Origin: Felis catus
Lineage: Eukaryota
NCBI RefSeq assembly: GCF_018350175.1
Contig: NC_058368.1
Coordinates: 25,918,001-25,982,000 of the forward strand
Reading direction: 5' to 3'
DNA length: 64,000 bases
Positions 23,700-35,860 of the stretch are shown here, one piece after another. The notes below the pieces were generated by a model. The model saw nothing but the letters and a program-made list of their open reading frames with translations. It made no database searches and had not been told where the DNA came from. Position numbers and translations under genes: made by a program. Numbering within the stretch: position 1 is the stretch's first letter; each line of letters begins with the position of its first letter.

Positions 23700-25129
23700 A
23701 ACTAGAGCAGTGCCTAAAAATCCACCTAATGGTTAACTGACCCTTTCTGTTTTACTGATTGATTGGGGCCCAGACTCTGTAAGGCCTGATGTTAACTTGT
23801 ACAATATTGATAAGCTGCAAATGATTTATATTTGGTAGAGTGACCTGTTCGTTTTCTCTGGTAGAAAGGAGGGTATAGTTGTTTAGCCTCGTAGGACGTT
23901 AATTGTCTGACTTGTTTGTAATCTTACTCTCCCACATTCTTTTCTAGTATCTTCTTTTGTCATCCTTTGGGGTCCTCTGGTAATAAGTTAAAGAAATCTT
24001 TTGACCTGTGCTTACTATGTAATGTTTCAACTTCTTGAAAATTATTCTTTGACCACTACATGAGAATTTCTTTTTACTCATGTTCTCACCAATGTATTAT
24101 ACATCTTTTTACTGGTTTTCCTGGTGCATGAGATGTGCCAGGGTGTTTGTAAGACTTAAAGTTAAAAAAAAAAAAATTGTAAACATTTCCGCAGAGTTCA
24201 ATGGGTCTTTCCGTTCAGGTGCTTGAAGAGGGTTCTAGATTCTAAGAAGGACTAGGTGATTCCCGGGCTTCCCCTTCCATATCCCAGGTAGCACCTTGTG
24301 GAGGAGGTGTGTGTTTCCTTTGAATGCTCCTACCCGTGAGGTGGGCCTGTCAGCAGCTGCCTGTCCAGAGCAGGAGTAGGTCCCTGGTGTCGGACCTTTC
24401 ACATGTAACAGGTTATATGCAGACAACCTTGTGTAGGGACAAAAACATCTCAAAATAGCACTCTGTCAGGTGAGAGAATGCTATCTTGTTTTGCATTTTC
24501 CCGATGCTAGTGAGGCTAATCATTTTTCCTATGTTTTTTTTTGGCCATTGCACTCTGTGACTTGTGTGTTCCGATTCTTTATTTTCCTGTTGGGGGCTTG
24601 GTTTTTTCTTTTTGGTTTGTACAAATGCTTTGTTATGGATCTCGATCTTTTGTTAAATATTGCAGTCTCTTGCAAGTGTTTTAATTTGGGGGGAAGTTCA
24701 TTCTGTTACTTTTTCTTCGATGGCTTTGTGGCTTTGTGTCATCCTCATACATAGATATATTCTAAAACTTTTGTGATGCTATATTTTGATTTAATCTATT
24801 TTGCATATAGTATGAGATATAGGGATCTGTTACTTTTATGTCCTTATTCGATAAAACTATAGAAGAGGAGCTTCGACCTTTTTTTGCTGTTGTTCTAATC
24901 CTATTATTTTTACCGGTAAAGTGTCAATCTTGATGCTGCCTTCTAGGCCCTGTGCTCTATAGAAGGATTTCTGTTTTGTTTTGTTTTCTTCTTTGAAGAT
25001 GATACCATATAATAGGAAACAATCTATGTTTATTATGTAATTCCACAGTGATTTTTTTGTAATGTCATAAGAGGCAGAGATATTTAATCAAGGCTGCATT
25101 TTCTTTCCATGCTCTTTTCTATGTTTTAT

Positions 25130-25365
25130 TTTATTTATTTATTTATTAAAAAAATTTTCTTTAACGTTTATTTATTTTTGAGACAGAGAGAGACAGAGCA
25201 TGAGCAGGGGAGGGGCAGAAAGAGAGGGAGACACAGAATCTGAAACAGGCTCCAGGCTCTGAGCAGTCAGCACAGAGCCCGACACGGGGCTCGAACTCAT
25301 GGACCACGAGATCATGACCTGGGCCGAAGTCAGACGCTTAACTTACCGAGCCACCCAGGCGCCCC
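25130..25365 (-). mobile_element. SINEC_Fc
   Basis: TSD TTTTCTATGTTTTA (25116-25129 / 25368-25381). Confidence 0.94.
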
Positions 25366-26284
25366 CCTTTTCTATGTTTTAAAAACTACTGTAATTGCTT
25401 CCTTGTGTTATTGGAATGGTAGCAGCAACTACTTCACGAGTTTTGATTTTACACAAAGACTGCTGGCCCCAGACACCAGACTATCTGAAGATAACCAATA
25501 ACTGGGGCCTTTTTTAATGTCACAATGACCACTGATTTTTTTTTTTTTTTTTTGGTCTTTCTCACTAGACTGTGGCCTTTTTATATCTTGAAGGAAGTAA
25601 GTCATATATTATTATTTTGTCTAAAAACACACAAAATTAGCTACCGTAGACCAATCAATATGATTTGCAGATGAGCCGCATAAATCCCAAAATATGGAAG
25701 GATTCCAAAATGGGAAAATTCTTGAAAATGTTACTGCTTGAAAATGAATCTATGGTATCTGTTCTTTCAGCTGGGAAAGTATTTTTGGATTTTGCTTTTA
25801 GACATAATATTGGCTCGGTTCCTCCCATATTTGTTTGTATATATATTTAAAACAATGCTGAATCACTATATTAGAACATCTACTTCCTTACAGAAGCAGG
25901 AAAAAGAAAAAGTTCTGAATTAGATGCATATTTGTATTACAAGGCTGGGTGCTTTCTTTTGGATATTTTGAAACTTGGGGACATTTTCAAGGACAGATTT
26001 TTAGACTACAATTAAAATAACAAGGTTTGAATTTGGTAGGCACTTATTAGATCTCATACTATTTTTGGTGGATATGATGATATAAAACTGAGATGGGAGA
26101 CGTTCATCAAAAAACATCAAAATAAGAAAAAAGGTATCAAGTCAAAATAAGGTATCAGTCAAATTATGTACCGAGTCAGACTCGTAGAGCCTGTGGTATT
26201 TATTACCGTTAATCTCGTAGAAAGGGAAAATGGCATTTGAAAATTAATTGTTCACCATGTGAGACTCTATTATTTGATATCAAC

Positions 26285-26594
26285 CAGTGGCTCCCAAACC
26301 AGGCTGATGATCTGAATACAGGTTCCTACCCTAAGATTCTGGTTTTTGTACACATTAGGAGGAATATTTTAACAAGTTCCGCAGGTGATGAAATGTGGAC
26401 GGACAGGTTTGGGAACCACTGATGTAGACCCCCAAGTGTGTGGGCATCTTGCTTGTTAAAATACAGATTGCTGGGTCTCCCTCCTCCCAAGTGTGTGACT
26501 CCTAGGTCTCTGATTGGGCCTGAGAATTTGCAGTTCTATTAAGTTCCCTGCTGCTGCTTTTGCTGGTCCAGAAACCACACTTTGAGTACTACTG
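26285..26594. mobile_element. MER5-like hAT elements (two adjacent pieces)
   Basis: CAGTGGCTCCCAAAC…TTTGGGAACCACTG, then AAAATACAGATTGCTGGG…ACCACACTTTGAGTACTACTG. Confidence 0.65.
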
Positions 26595-28009
26595 ACATGG
26601 ATCTTTCCCAAGACTTCCCAGTCCCAGACTGGGAAACAACAAACCGGATTCTGTGGCAAGGTCTTGGGTTTCTTTGGTTCAAGCCTTTGCGTTTCTTTGT
26701 CATGTTCTACTTGGTGATTTTCTTCCTCTGGAGTGAGCATTAATTGATAGACCTCTATCCCTGAGAAAAGTTTCGAGTGGAAAGAAGATGATGTTCGCTG
26801 GTTAGGGTGGCTGGGCAGGGGAATGAAAATAGCTGAGGAGTTGTGCAGATCTGGGCTGAGATTTCTGTGCTTGACCCTGGTTTTATTGTGATCTTGGGCA
26901 GGTTACCTAACCTGCTTTCCAGCCATGGAGCTCCAGTCCTGGTTGCTTGCCATGCTTCCCTCCTGCCGGGACGCCTTTTCTCTCCTCCATACCTGGGGAG
27001 TGCTTCCCTTTCCCCTGCCTCTCGTTATTGCTTGCTTAAACTTGGATCTCTGCTCAGCAATCACTTCCTGAGGAAAGCCTTTCCCGACCTCCCTTAGTAG
27101 GTCAGGCCCTCCCTTTGTACACACTCAGCACCACGTGCCTGCAGTTTTATACCTACTTGTGTGATAACTTGATTTGTGTCTCTCTACTAGACTATAAACC
27201 CTGGGACTCAAGCTGTGAAAAAGTCTATCAGTTTGTGTTCCCTTTGTGTTCTGGCCACAACACAAACACTGTGCCTGACACACAGTAGCTGCATGAGTAG
27301 CAGTGAATGGGGTCACATATACAAACAGCAGTAAGGGCAGGGTAGGCATTCCAAAATTGGCTGCATTCCTGCCTGTGGGTTTCCAGAAGACAGTTATTCT
27401 TATAATAAATTCCCTGTTTTGTGCAACCGGACTTATTGGTTTCTGTTATTTGCCAGAGCCCTTACAGTACGCTATTTATTGAGTGCTTCATACATATGTG
27501 AAGCACCAGCTGTGTAGTCTCATGTTGGGCACCGATCTAGGAAGTCAAGAATCTCAGCCTGCTAATATCTTGGGTGTTACTTTTTCCTATGATTCTGCAA
27601 GCCAATGTGTATTATAAAGATAGGATCTATAGATAGAAGATATATTTCCTTAATGCTATGTTAAGGAAGAGCAGCAGAAAGCAATTTTATGCTCAAGCCA
27701 CCGTCTCTGAAGTGGTTTTTGGGATTGGGGATAGATGGTACCAAGGGAGAGTAAGGTAATTTTTAACTACTTGCAAACGTGACTGCTCTCTCCATAGAGT
27801 GGAATCTTATAATGGGTAACATCTGGAAAGTGCATTCATTTTGTAGAGACAGGATGCTTTAGTTACTGGCCAGAACAGGACCTGAGTAACAATATATATC
27901 CCGATTACATCTATGTCAATAAGAAAAGGGATTGATAGGCTATAATTTAGAAAAATAGATTCAAAGAGACATTAACACTAAATAAGAAAGGAGAGACGCC
28001 GGCCCAAAG

Positions 28010-28920
28010 ACTCAACCATTCTAGGTCCTAGAGAGAAATTGCTGGTGTGGAAACATAAGCAATTCAATTATACAATTAATTATTCTTATGTAAATATATA
28101 TGTTTACATGCAAGTTTCAGATGAATGCTGAGTTCTCCCAGGGTCTCTAGTGTTTCCTTTTTTCTGGACTGTCTTTTCAAGAATGTTTAGCTCTCTGGGC
28201 TCGGACCTAGTTTGTGGCAACATGGCTAAACACAACCAAGAAGGTCAGAATTGCCAATAAATACTGGACCCGTTATGGTACCTCCTTCAGGAAAATGGTG
28301 AAGAAGATTGAAATAAGCCAGCACGCCAAGTACACTTGCTCCTTCTGTGGCAAAACCAAGATGAAAAGACGAGCTCTGGGGATCTGGCGTTGTGGTTCCT
28401 GCATGAAAACCGTAGCAGGTGGTACCTGGACCTACAACACCACTTCTACTGTCACAGTAAAGCCGGCTATCAGGAGACTGAAGGAGTTGAAGGACCAGTA
28501 GAAGCACCACCATTTGAAACGTTGCTTACTTATAATAAATGGGTTAATTGATATAACAATAAACAAAACAACAACAAAAAGAATATATAGCAACTGGCCT
28601 TGAAAGACATACTAGCTCTCTGGAGCACAGGGCAAGCAAACTTACTGCACATTATAAAAAAATTAGATTCCCTAAGCTTAGACTTCCTGTCCTCTAACTC
28701 ACCTCACTGCATGTGCAGGTGTCACCTAGCCCTCTTCTCAGGGTCACGTGAGAACTGGGGCTGACGCCCTGCTGACACTCTGGCTACTACTATTGCCATG
28801 AGTAGAAACCGTTTGTCTCTGATCCAGGAGTTTTGTGTCTTCTGGCATCCATGAAACTGGCTGACCCAAGGCTGGCTCGCTTATGGTCACGGTGACTTGC
28901 GTGTCTCTTCCCTTATGACA
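28010..28920 (+). mobile_element. Old ERV LTR hosting the RPL37A retrocopy
   Basis: LTR-like text (GTCTCTGATCCAGGAG…GTGTCTTCTGGCATCCATGAAACT…TGACA) continues across the retrocopy TSDs; family uncertain. Confidence 0.5.
28192..28578 (+). pseudogene. RPL37A: RPL37A (eL43) processed pseudogene, full length
   Basis: Intronless. 5' UTR CTCTCTGGGCTCGGACCTAG, ATG 28222, 1-nt insertion after codon 4 giving a stop at 28258-28260. The downstream frame reads [40 protein letters not shown]...CGSC...LKELKDQ* (28501). AATAAA 28534, A-rich tail, TSD AAGAATGTTTAGC (28179-28191) / AAGAATATATAGC (28579-28591). Confidence 0.96.
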
Positions 28921-29112
28921 GTGAACTGACAGACTGATTTGCTTTTACCTGCTGGCATTGTCAATTCTGATTCTACCAAGCTGAGGACCAGTTCCTGGCC
29001 TTGGGGAATGAATTAATAGAGACAAACAAAGACCTTCTGGAAGACAGAACCAACAGTGGTGTTCTTAGAGAATTTATATGAAATCAGATTGAAAGGGTTC
29101 CTTCTCTGGCCT

Positions 29113-29640
29113 TGCATCAGTCAGAATCCGATCAGGAGGCAAAAACCACAGCAGGCATTTTTGTGAAGAACTTAATATAAAGGATTATAAGCCAGGTTAT
29201 TAGAGAAGAGAAAAGGCAAAGAGGGGGCACCGGGGTTTCATAGAGGTAAGAATCATGGCAGTCACGCCTAGGGCTGGGATAACAAAAGTAAGAGGCTGGG
29301 AGTTTTTGAAACTTAGAAGCTTAGAGGAGGGCTCTGCTGAGCTGGTACTCAGACCTCTGAGGAGGGGATGCTGGCCAGTTAATGTGGGGGTCTCTGAACA
29401 GGGAGGGGTGGTAGTGATCAGGCTGTTCAGGAAGCGTTGGGAACAGTTGCTGCTGCTGCTAGGATGAAGAGTGTTTCGTGGTCATGGTCACACTCGGGAA
29501 CTGGAAGTAAACAACTTCCAAATGTCCTCTTGCTGCCTCCTACCGACGGAACCAAACAGGAAGCCAGCTGGCAAAGAGGCATGGCTACAGAGTGATGCCC
29601 CAGCATCACAGAACAGAGGAGGATGGAAAGAACCAGCACA
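29113..29640 (+). mobile_element. MaLR (MLT1-like) LTR remnant
   Basis: TGCATCAGTCAG…ATCAGGAGGCAAAAACCACA start typical of old MLT1 elements. Confidence 0.5.
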
Positions 29641-30429
29641 AGATTTTTAAAAGCCTGTTTTGACCAAAGGTTGCAAAATGAGAGAAGGAAATAATTTATT
29701 ACCTGGGGGCAGTTGGGAAATTGCCTGAAGAGTCTCCAGCATTAACTTGAACTTAGTATCTTTCTCTAGGTCAGGGAAGGGAGTAGCCATGGACGGCTGA
29801 CTTGGATGTCCTGTATTATTACTTGGTACTGTGGGCAATTACCTGGCCTATTTTGTGGAGTACGCTGGATGGAAAATGTTCATATGATCCAGGGAGATAG
29901 GCCCACTGGCAACTGTATTAGATTGCATACAATTTTATGGGCTTGTGCAAATTCCCATATCTGCCCACACCTTGATAAAGACTCATACCTTTTTAAGAGA
30001 TAGAAAACCACAGATGTTTGAGTATATTTCACCCATAATTTGTGGTCCACATGACTTCATTGTATATGAGCTGATTTATAAGCAGTAAAGTATAATGCAA
30101 ACGACAAGTGGTATTTATTATTTGTGTTCTTTCTGGTCCTTGGCGGAGTTCCAGAGAGGTTTCTGTATCCCAGGGAGGATTTCAGAGGAAATAAATAGAA
30201 CAGAGAGCAAAAGCTCAGAACTTAACAAAATTAACAGAGCAGTTTTACAGTTTTAAGATTTGGTATTTATAAATAACGGCCCTCCTGACAATTCTTTTTT
30301 GAAGTCAGAATTTGGACCCAGATAACTTAGACATACATCTCCATAGAGGTATTTAAAACAGCAGTGACTGACTTTGACTATGTAAGTATTTGAAAGTTTA
30401 ATAATAGACATGCTTTTCAAACTCCATTT

Positions 30430-30658
30430 ATTTTTTATTTTTTAAAACAATTTTAAATGTTTATTTATTTTTGAGAGAGAGAGAGACAGACAGAGCGTGA
30501 GTAGGGGAGGAACAGAGAGAGGGAGACACAGAATCTGAAGCAGGCTCTAGGCTCTGAGCTGTCAGCACAGATCCTGACGTGGGGCTCAAACCCACCAATG
30601 TGAGATCAGACCTGAGCTGAAGTCGGACGCTCAACCAACTGAGCCAACCAGGCGCCCC
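30430..30658 (-). mobile_element. Can-SINE
   Basis: TSD TCAAACTCCATTT (30417-30429 / 30660-30672). Confidence 0.93.
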
Positions 30659-30930
30659 ATCAAACTCCATTTTATTTTAATTGAATGGAATGTATTTAGA
30701 GTCTGGTACCAGAAGCTGGACAATAGCTCATGCCACATCAGACTTTCCTGGTGGATAATGGTGAGGTCTGAGGTGTTTTATGTGATAGGCATGGTTAGAA
30801 CGGGGTGCTGCTATATCAGCCTTTATTATATTTACCCAGTTTATTTTGTTGTTCAGATTATGAATGTGAGGAGGCCTATTTCATTCTTATTATTGCCTTA
30901 TGACTTTTAGTTTAATAGTTATCACAAGTG

Positions 30931-31118
30931 GGGCGCCTGGGTGGCTCAGTCAGTTGAGTGTCCGACTCTTGATTTCAACTCAGGTCATGATCCCAGGGTC
31001 GTGGGATCAAGCCCCATGTCAGGCTCCACACTGAGCCGTGGAGCCTGCTTGAGATTCTCTTTCCCTCTCTACCCCTTTCCCCTGCTTTTGCTCCCTCTCT
31101 CTCTCTCTCTCTCTCTAA

Positions 31119-31154
<36 letters not shown>

Positions 31155-31157
31155 AAT
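30931..31157 (+). mobile_element. Can-SINE with (AAC)n tail
   Basis: TSD GTTATCACAAGTG / GTTATCATAAGTG (30918-30930 / 31158-31170). Confidence 0.92.
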
Positions 31158-31789
31158 GTTATCATAAGTGAAAATTTCATTGAATCAGTAGCTGGATAAG
31201 ATATGTATACATAATAAGTACTCCTCAAACAGAGCCGGGAAACTTTTCTCCCCCAAACATAGAGGATGCATACACGTCTGGAATGCCTTTGCTGCGTTTG
31301 TAAATTTAACAAGAGGGCCTGAGGAGAGAAAGATACCAGCTGAAGTTGAACAGGTTACTGGAAACTCTCCTGACTGCTGGACTGGAATTGCTTCCCACCC
31401 TCCTAATGCATCAGAGCCAATCTTCTGCTATACACCTGTCTGATAGTGGCACTGTCCCAGCCCCCTGACAGTCGTGGAAAAAGGACATAGTCACTGTTGT
31501 TTATGTTAACACTATATGATAAGTCCGAGTGCCTGTAAATAAGTGAATGACGTGTGAACACTTCAGCAAGAAGGGGAACCGGAGCCTTCCGGGGAGGCCT
31601 GTCATCTGGTGCTTTCAAAGTGGTTTTGAGTGTAAAGGAGAGCTCTTGCCCATGTAGACAAGGTGGGAGGGATGGTTCCGACAGAATGAAGGAAGAATCC
31701 ACATTGCCGAGCCACAGGTGAGGGGCAAGTCTGGAAAGCAGAAGGAAGGCGTAAGGAGAAGCTGGATTATGTGTCTTGGCCTGAAGAGG

Positions 31790-32324
31790 TGTTTTGAAAC
31801 TGCCAGAGATGCTAACTCTCTGGGTAATCAGAGACCGTGTGGCCAGACCATATAATAGACATAGAACTCTGACCCACACCCTACAGCTTCCAAGGGAAGC
31901 TTCCCTACAGGTTCCAGGGAAGCAACCCATGCTCTCCAAGAAAACACCCAGGAAGGCAGCCTGCTACAGGTCAGGCTTGTAGGAAGTCCGACTGTTCTCT
32001 CTAGTAACAATCCAGGAAGCTAAACACCTACCCCTGTAACAATCAGCCCCAAATGGCCAGAACTTGATTAATAACTGACAGCTGCCCTATTTTATCTCCA
32101 CTTCCAACTAGGGACCAATCAGAGAAAGCCAAATATGCACCCTCTACCCAACCCCATGGGGCGACCTGCTTCTAGTTAGCCTGCCTCTAGCTTCCCCAAC
32201 AGCCTGCAACCAGGGCGCACCTGCAGCCTTCCCTTTGTTGCACTGTAAAACTCACCCTCTCCTCTGCCTGCCTTTGAGTCCCTGCCAGAACACAAGCGAC
32301 AGAGGCTGACAACCTTGCTCCAGC
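31790..32324 (+). mobile_element. ERV1-type solo LTR
   Basis: CCAAT-containing U3-like motifs, TATA-like CTGTAAAA, polyA-like AAAATAGCC and terminal …ATTTCCACA; start approximate. Confidence 0.65.
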
Positions 32325-33664
32325 GAGCTCTGAGCAAAATAGCCTTTGCTTTTCTCATTTGGTTGGTCTTTCTTTATTTCCACAGGAATATCCTGCTGCT
32401 GCTGGTCGGGATTCATGTGCTGCACAGCTTCCCCCTTGTGTTTCTATTTCTACTTTAACAAGCATCGTTTGTCTTTTGCTTGGCATTTTGCCCAAAGAAA
32501 ATAATAGAAAAAGTTAGATTAACAGCAATGCCGAGGCAAGTCTGCTTTTTTAGGGTCACTAGGAAATGCTGTTGAGTGTCTCCTTTTAGGTAGGGTGGCA
32601 AGAACATGGGCTCACATGGAACGGGCAATGGGAGACAGCACTGTTCTGATGTGGTCTGAATAGCTTTATAATTTTAAAGGATTGCTAAGGGGACATTCAA
32701 CTCCTCTTGACTTACCCTGTACTTAGTAGCACATCCCAGTCCTCCTTATAAAAGTTTTATTGTTCTAAGAGTGGCTCCAAAGAAATATATTGTGGTTCCA
32801 CAGTGTCTAATTGTTGGGAACTGTCTTTCAGCTGCATGAAAGTTAATTATATGTTCTACTGAACGCCCCCTCTGAAAATCACATTTGCTTAAAGATTTGG
32901 GGCAATACTTACTTAGCCTGCTTTCTAATTTGCTGAGTCTCAGCCATCTATGCCTAATGGTAGTAAACGAAAATAATATATACAGTCAAAATATATTGAC
33001 TGTAAGAAGAATTCCAATTTGTCCTTGAGTTTTCTGTTTATAATGCTAATCTGTGCATTGCTAAAAGTCCTAGTCCCAGCCTCCAGATGTTTGGGTTGAA
33101 GCTGCCACTCTGTGCTTGGGAACAGGAAGTGAACAGCACAGGTTCTGAGGACAGTGAATGGTCAATAAACATGGCCATCTGACTGACAAGAGATCGGGAT
33201 ATCTACTCTTCTTGTGCCCTATGATCACATCAGGTGTTTGACACGCTGCGGCTGCAGAGCCAGCTATGACTACAGCGGGGACAAATGAAGTGGGAAGTAA
33301 GGCTTGATGTGGAAGCCCACGCTCCTTGGCTTGCACACGAAGCTTCCTCAGTCGCCTCAGCTTAACTCTCGGCAGTCCCTTCCTCAGGAACCTCCATTCC
33401 AGGCACCTTGCGTGCACACGCGTGTCTTGTAGGTACTTGCTTCCAGGCTTTTGCTCATGTTACAATCTCACACGCCATGTTCTCCCCACCACCTACACCT
33501 GCCCAAAGGTTCCTCATGTTTAGAAGCCCAGCTCAGATTCTATGTCCTTTTTGTTTCTGTGATTGCCCTTACAAGAAGTGATCTTTTACCTCTTAATTCT
33601 TGTAGTGGTTATTGTCCACACCACCCAGAGTGCCCTTCAATGGGCACATCTGTCTAACTGTCTT

Positions 33665-35200
33665 CCTTTGTTCATTTGCCCAACGAATATTTACTGAATG
33701 CCCACTAAAGTCCCAGTTTTGTTCGAGGCACGGGATATATCAGTGATCAAAACAGCAGAAATGTTTGTATTCTGGTAGGAAAGGCAGGTGATGAACAAGA
33801 TAAATACATACATACATACATACATAAAGCACATAGTATATCAAGTGCCAGTAGGTGCTCATGAGAAAAGGCAAAGCAGGAAAAGGCAGGTAACTGAAAT
33901 TTGGGGTAGGGTAGGCAGAAAATGTCTCACTAAGATAATCTCTAAAGGATTTGAGAAGGGTCAGGGAGCAAGCTTATGAAGATGTTCCCCTGCTATGGAA
34001 AGCGCTTTCCTCCCCACACAGGTGCAAAGGCCCTGAGGTGGCAGCGTATCTAGAGGACGTGAAGATGATAAGAGAGTAGTGTGTCTGAAGCCCAATGCAC
34101 TTGGCTGAGGGGAGGGGATAAGAGAGGGGAGGGGGTGGTGGCCTTGTAGGGCCTTGTAGATCATAGTCGGGATTTTGGCTTCTGTTCTGTGTGAGATGGA
34201 AAGCCACTGGAGAGTTGTGGGGAGAGAAGTGACATGATCTGATTTGTTTTAAAAGAAGCCCTCAGACTGCAGTGTTGAGAATAGTCTGCGGGGGTGGGGA
34301 GCTTGTGGGCTGAAGCAGGAGTAAGGCTATTTCAGTGATCCAGGTGAGAGCGGATGGGGACTCGGGCCAGAGGAATGGGGAGAAGTGATCAAATTCTGGA
34401 TATATTTTCATGATTGGGCCAATAAGATTTCCTGAGGGATTGGATGGAGAGAAAGAATGGAATCCGGGGTGATTCCGGATTTCTGGCCAGAGCAACTTGG
34501 AGGATGTTGCTGCCATTAATGCAAGTGGGGAAGATGGCAAAAGAAGCTCGCTGGGGGGAATGCAGGTGCTGGATGCTCAGGAGCTCAGTTTTAAACATGT
34601 CCATTTGGGGGGCACCTGGGTGGCTTAGTTGGTTGAGCGTCTGACTCTTGATTTCGGCTCAGGTCATGATCCCAGGGGCGTGGGAGGCTGCTTAAGATTC
34701 TCTCTCTTGGGGCACCTGGGTGGCTCAGTAGGTTAAGCCTCCGACTTCGGCTCAGGTCATGATCTCGCGGCTCGTGAGTTCGAGCCCCACATGGGGCTCT
34801 ATGCTGACAGCTCAGAGCCTGGAGCCTGCTTCAGATTCTGTGTCTCCCTCTCTCTCTGCCCCTCCCCTGCTTATGCTCTGTCTCTCTCTGTCTCAAAAAT
34901 AAATAAAACATTAAAAAAATTTAAAAAAATTGTCTCACTTCGGCTCAGGTCATGATGCCATGGTTTGTGAGTTTGAGCCCCTGCATCAGGCTCTCTGCCC
35001 CTCCCCCTGCTCATGCTTGCTCTCTCTCTGTCTCTCTGTCTCTCTCTCTCAAAAACAAATAAACATTAAAAAAAATTCTCTCTCACTCTGCCCCCCTCTC
35101 CTACTCGTGTGCTGTCTTTTTCTAAGATAAAAAAATAAACATGTTCAGTTTGAGATGCTCAGTAGCCATCCACGTGCAGATCGCAAGGAGGTTGTGGCTT
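33665..35200 (-). mobile_element. L2 LINE fragment interrupted by SINEs
   Basis: L2 hallmarks (ATATTTACTGAATGCC, GGAAAGCCACTGGAGAGTT…GACATGATCTGA, GTTTGAGATGC). Confidence 0.75.
34608..35135 (+). mobile_element. Three nested or tandem Can-SINEs
   Basis: The outer SINE (degenerate TSD TAAACATGTCCATTTG / TAAACATGTTCAGTTTG) is split by a full SINE at 34709-34929 and a 5'-truncated SINE at ~34938-35074. Confidence 0.88.
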
Positions 35201-35639
35201 CAGAGGGGCAGAATGTCCCCTCATGAATCTGTGCCTAGGCTGCTGATTGCATGAATCAACCAAGTAATCAACAGGAAACAATATCTCTGAATAGAGGTTA
35301 GGGGAAAGGGTTATGAGATTTTTCATCCTAGACTGTGAGAGAGGGAGAACATCAATTTGTTTTTGGATAACCATGAAGGCGGTATTTCTGAAAATGGGAA
35401 GCTGATTAGAGACAAGGGGCCAGGGTGCCATCTCTGTGCCAAGGTCAGCATCTATGAAGCCTTAGGTCATGATATGCTTATTTTCACTGGTTTAAAAAGA
35501 GCCTATAACATCTTTCCTCTCCCCTGAAGATGCCATCAGGCCTCGGAATGCATGTTGTTATTGTTGAAGGCACTGTGGTTATTATTGTCAATGACAGCCC
35601 CCGGTTCTAGGCACTCTGTATAATAGTAGGGGCAGTTAG

Positions 35640-35860
35640 TATGAGTTCAGATTCTGGAATTCTTGAATTCTGCTTCTACTATTTCTAAGTTGTGAGACTT
35701 CTAGCAAGTTGCTTAACCTTCCTGTGTTCCAGTTTTCTAATCTGTAAAATGGGAGTACTATTAGTCCCTATCACATGGAGTCGTGAGAATCAAAATGTTA
35801 ATATATTAAAGTGTTTAGAATTATCTGGTATGTGGTGAATCCTATATGTGATAGCTATTA
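35640..35860 (+). mobile_element. MIR
   Basis: Core CAAGTTGCTTAACCTT…CAGTTTTCTAATCTGTAAAATGGG. Confidence 0.75.
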
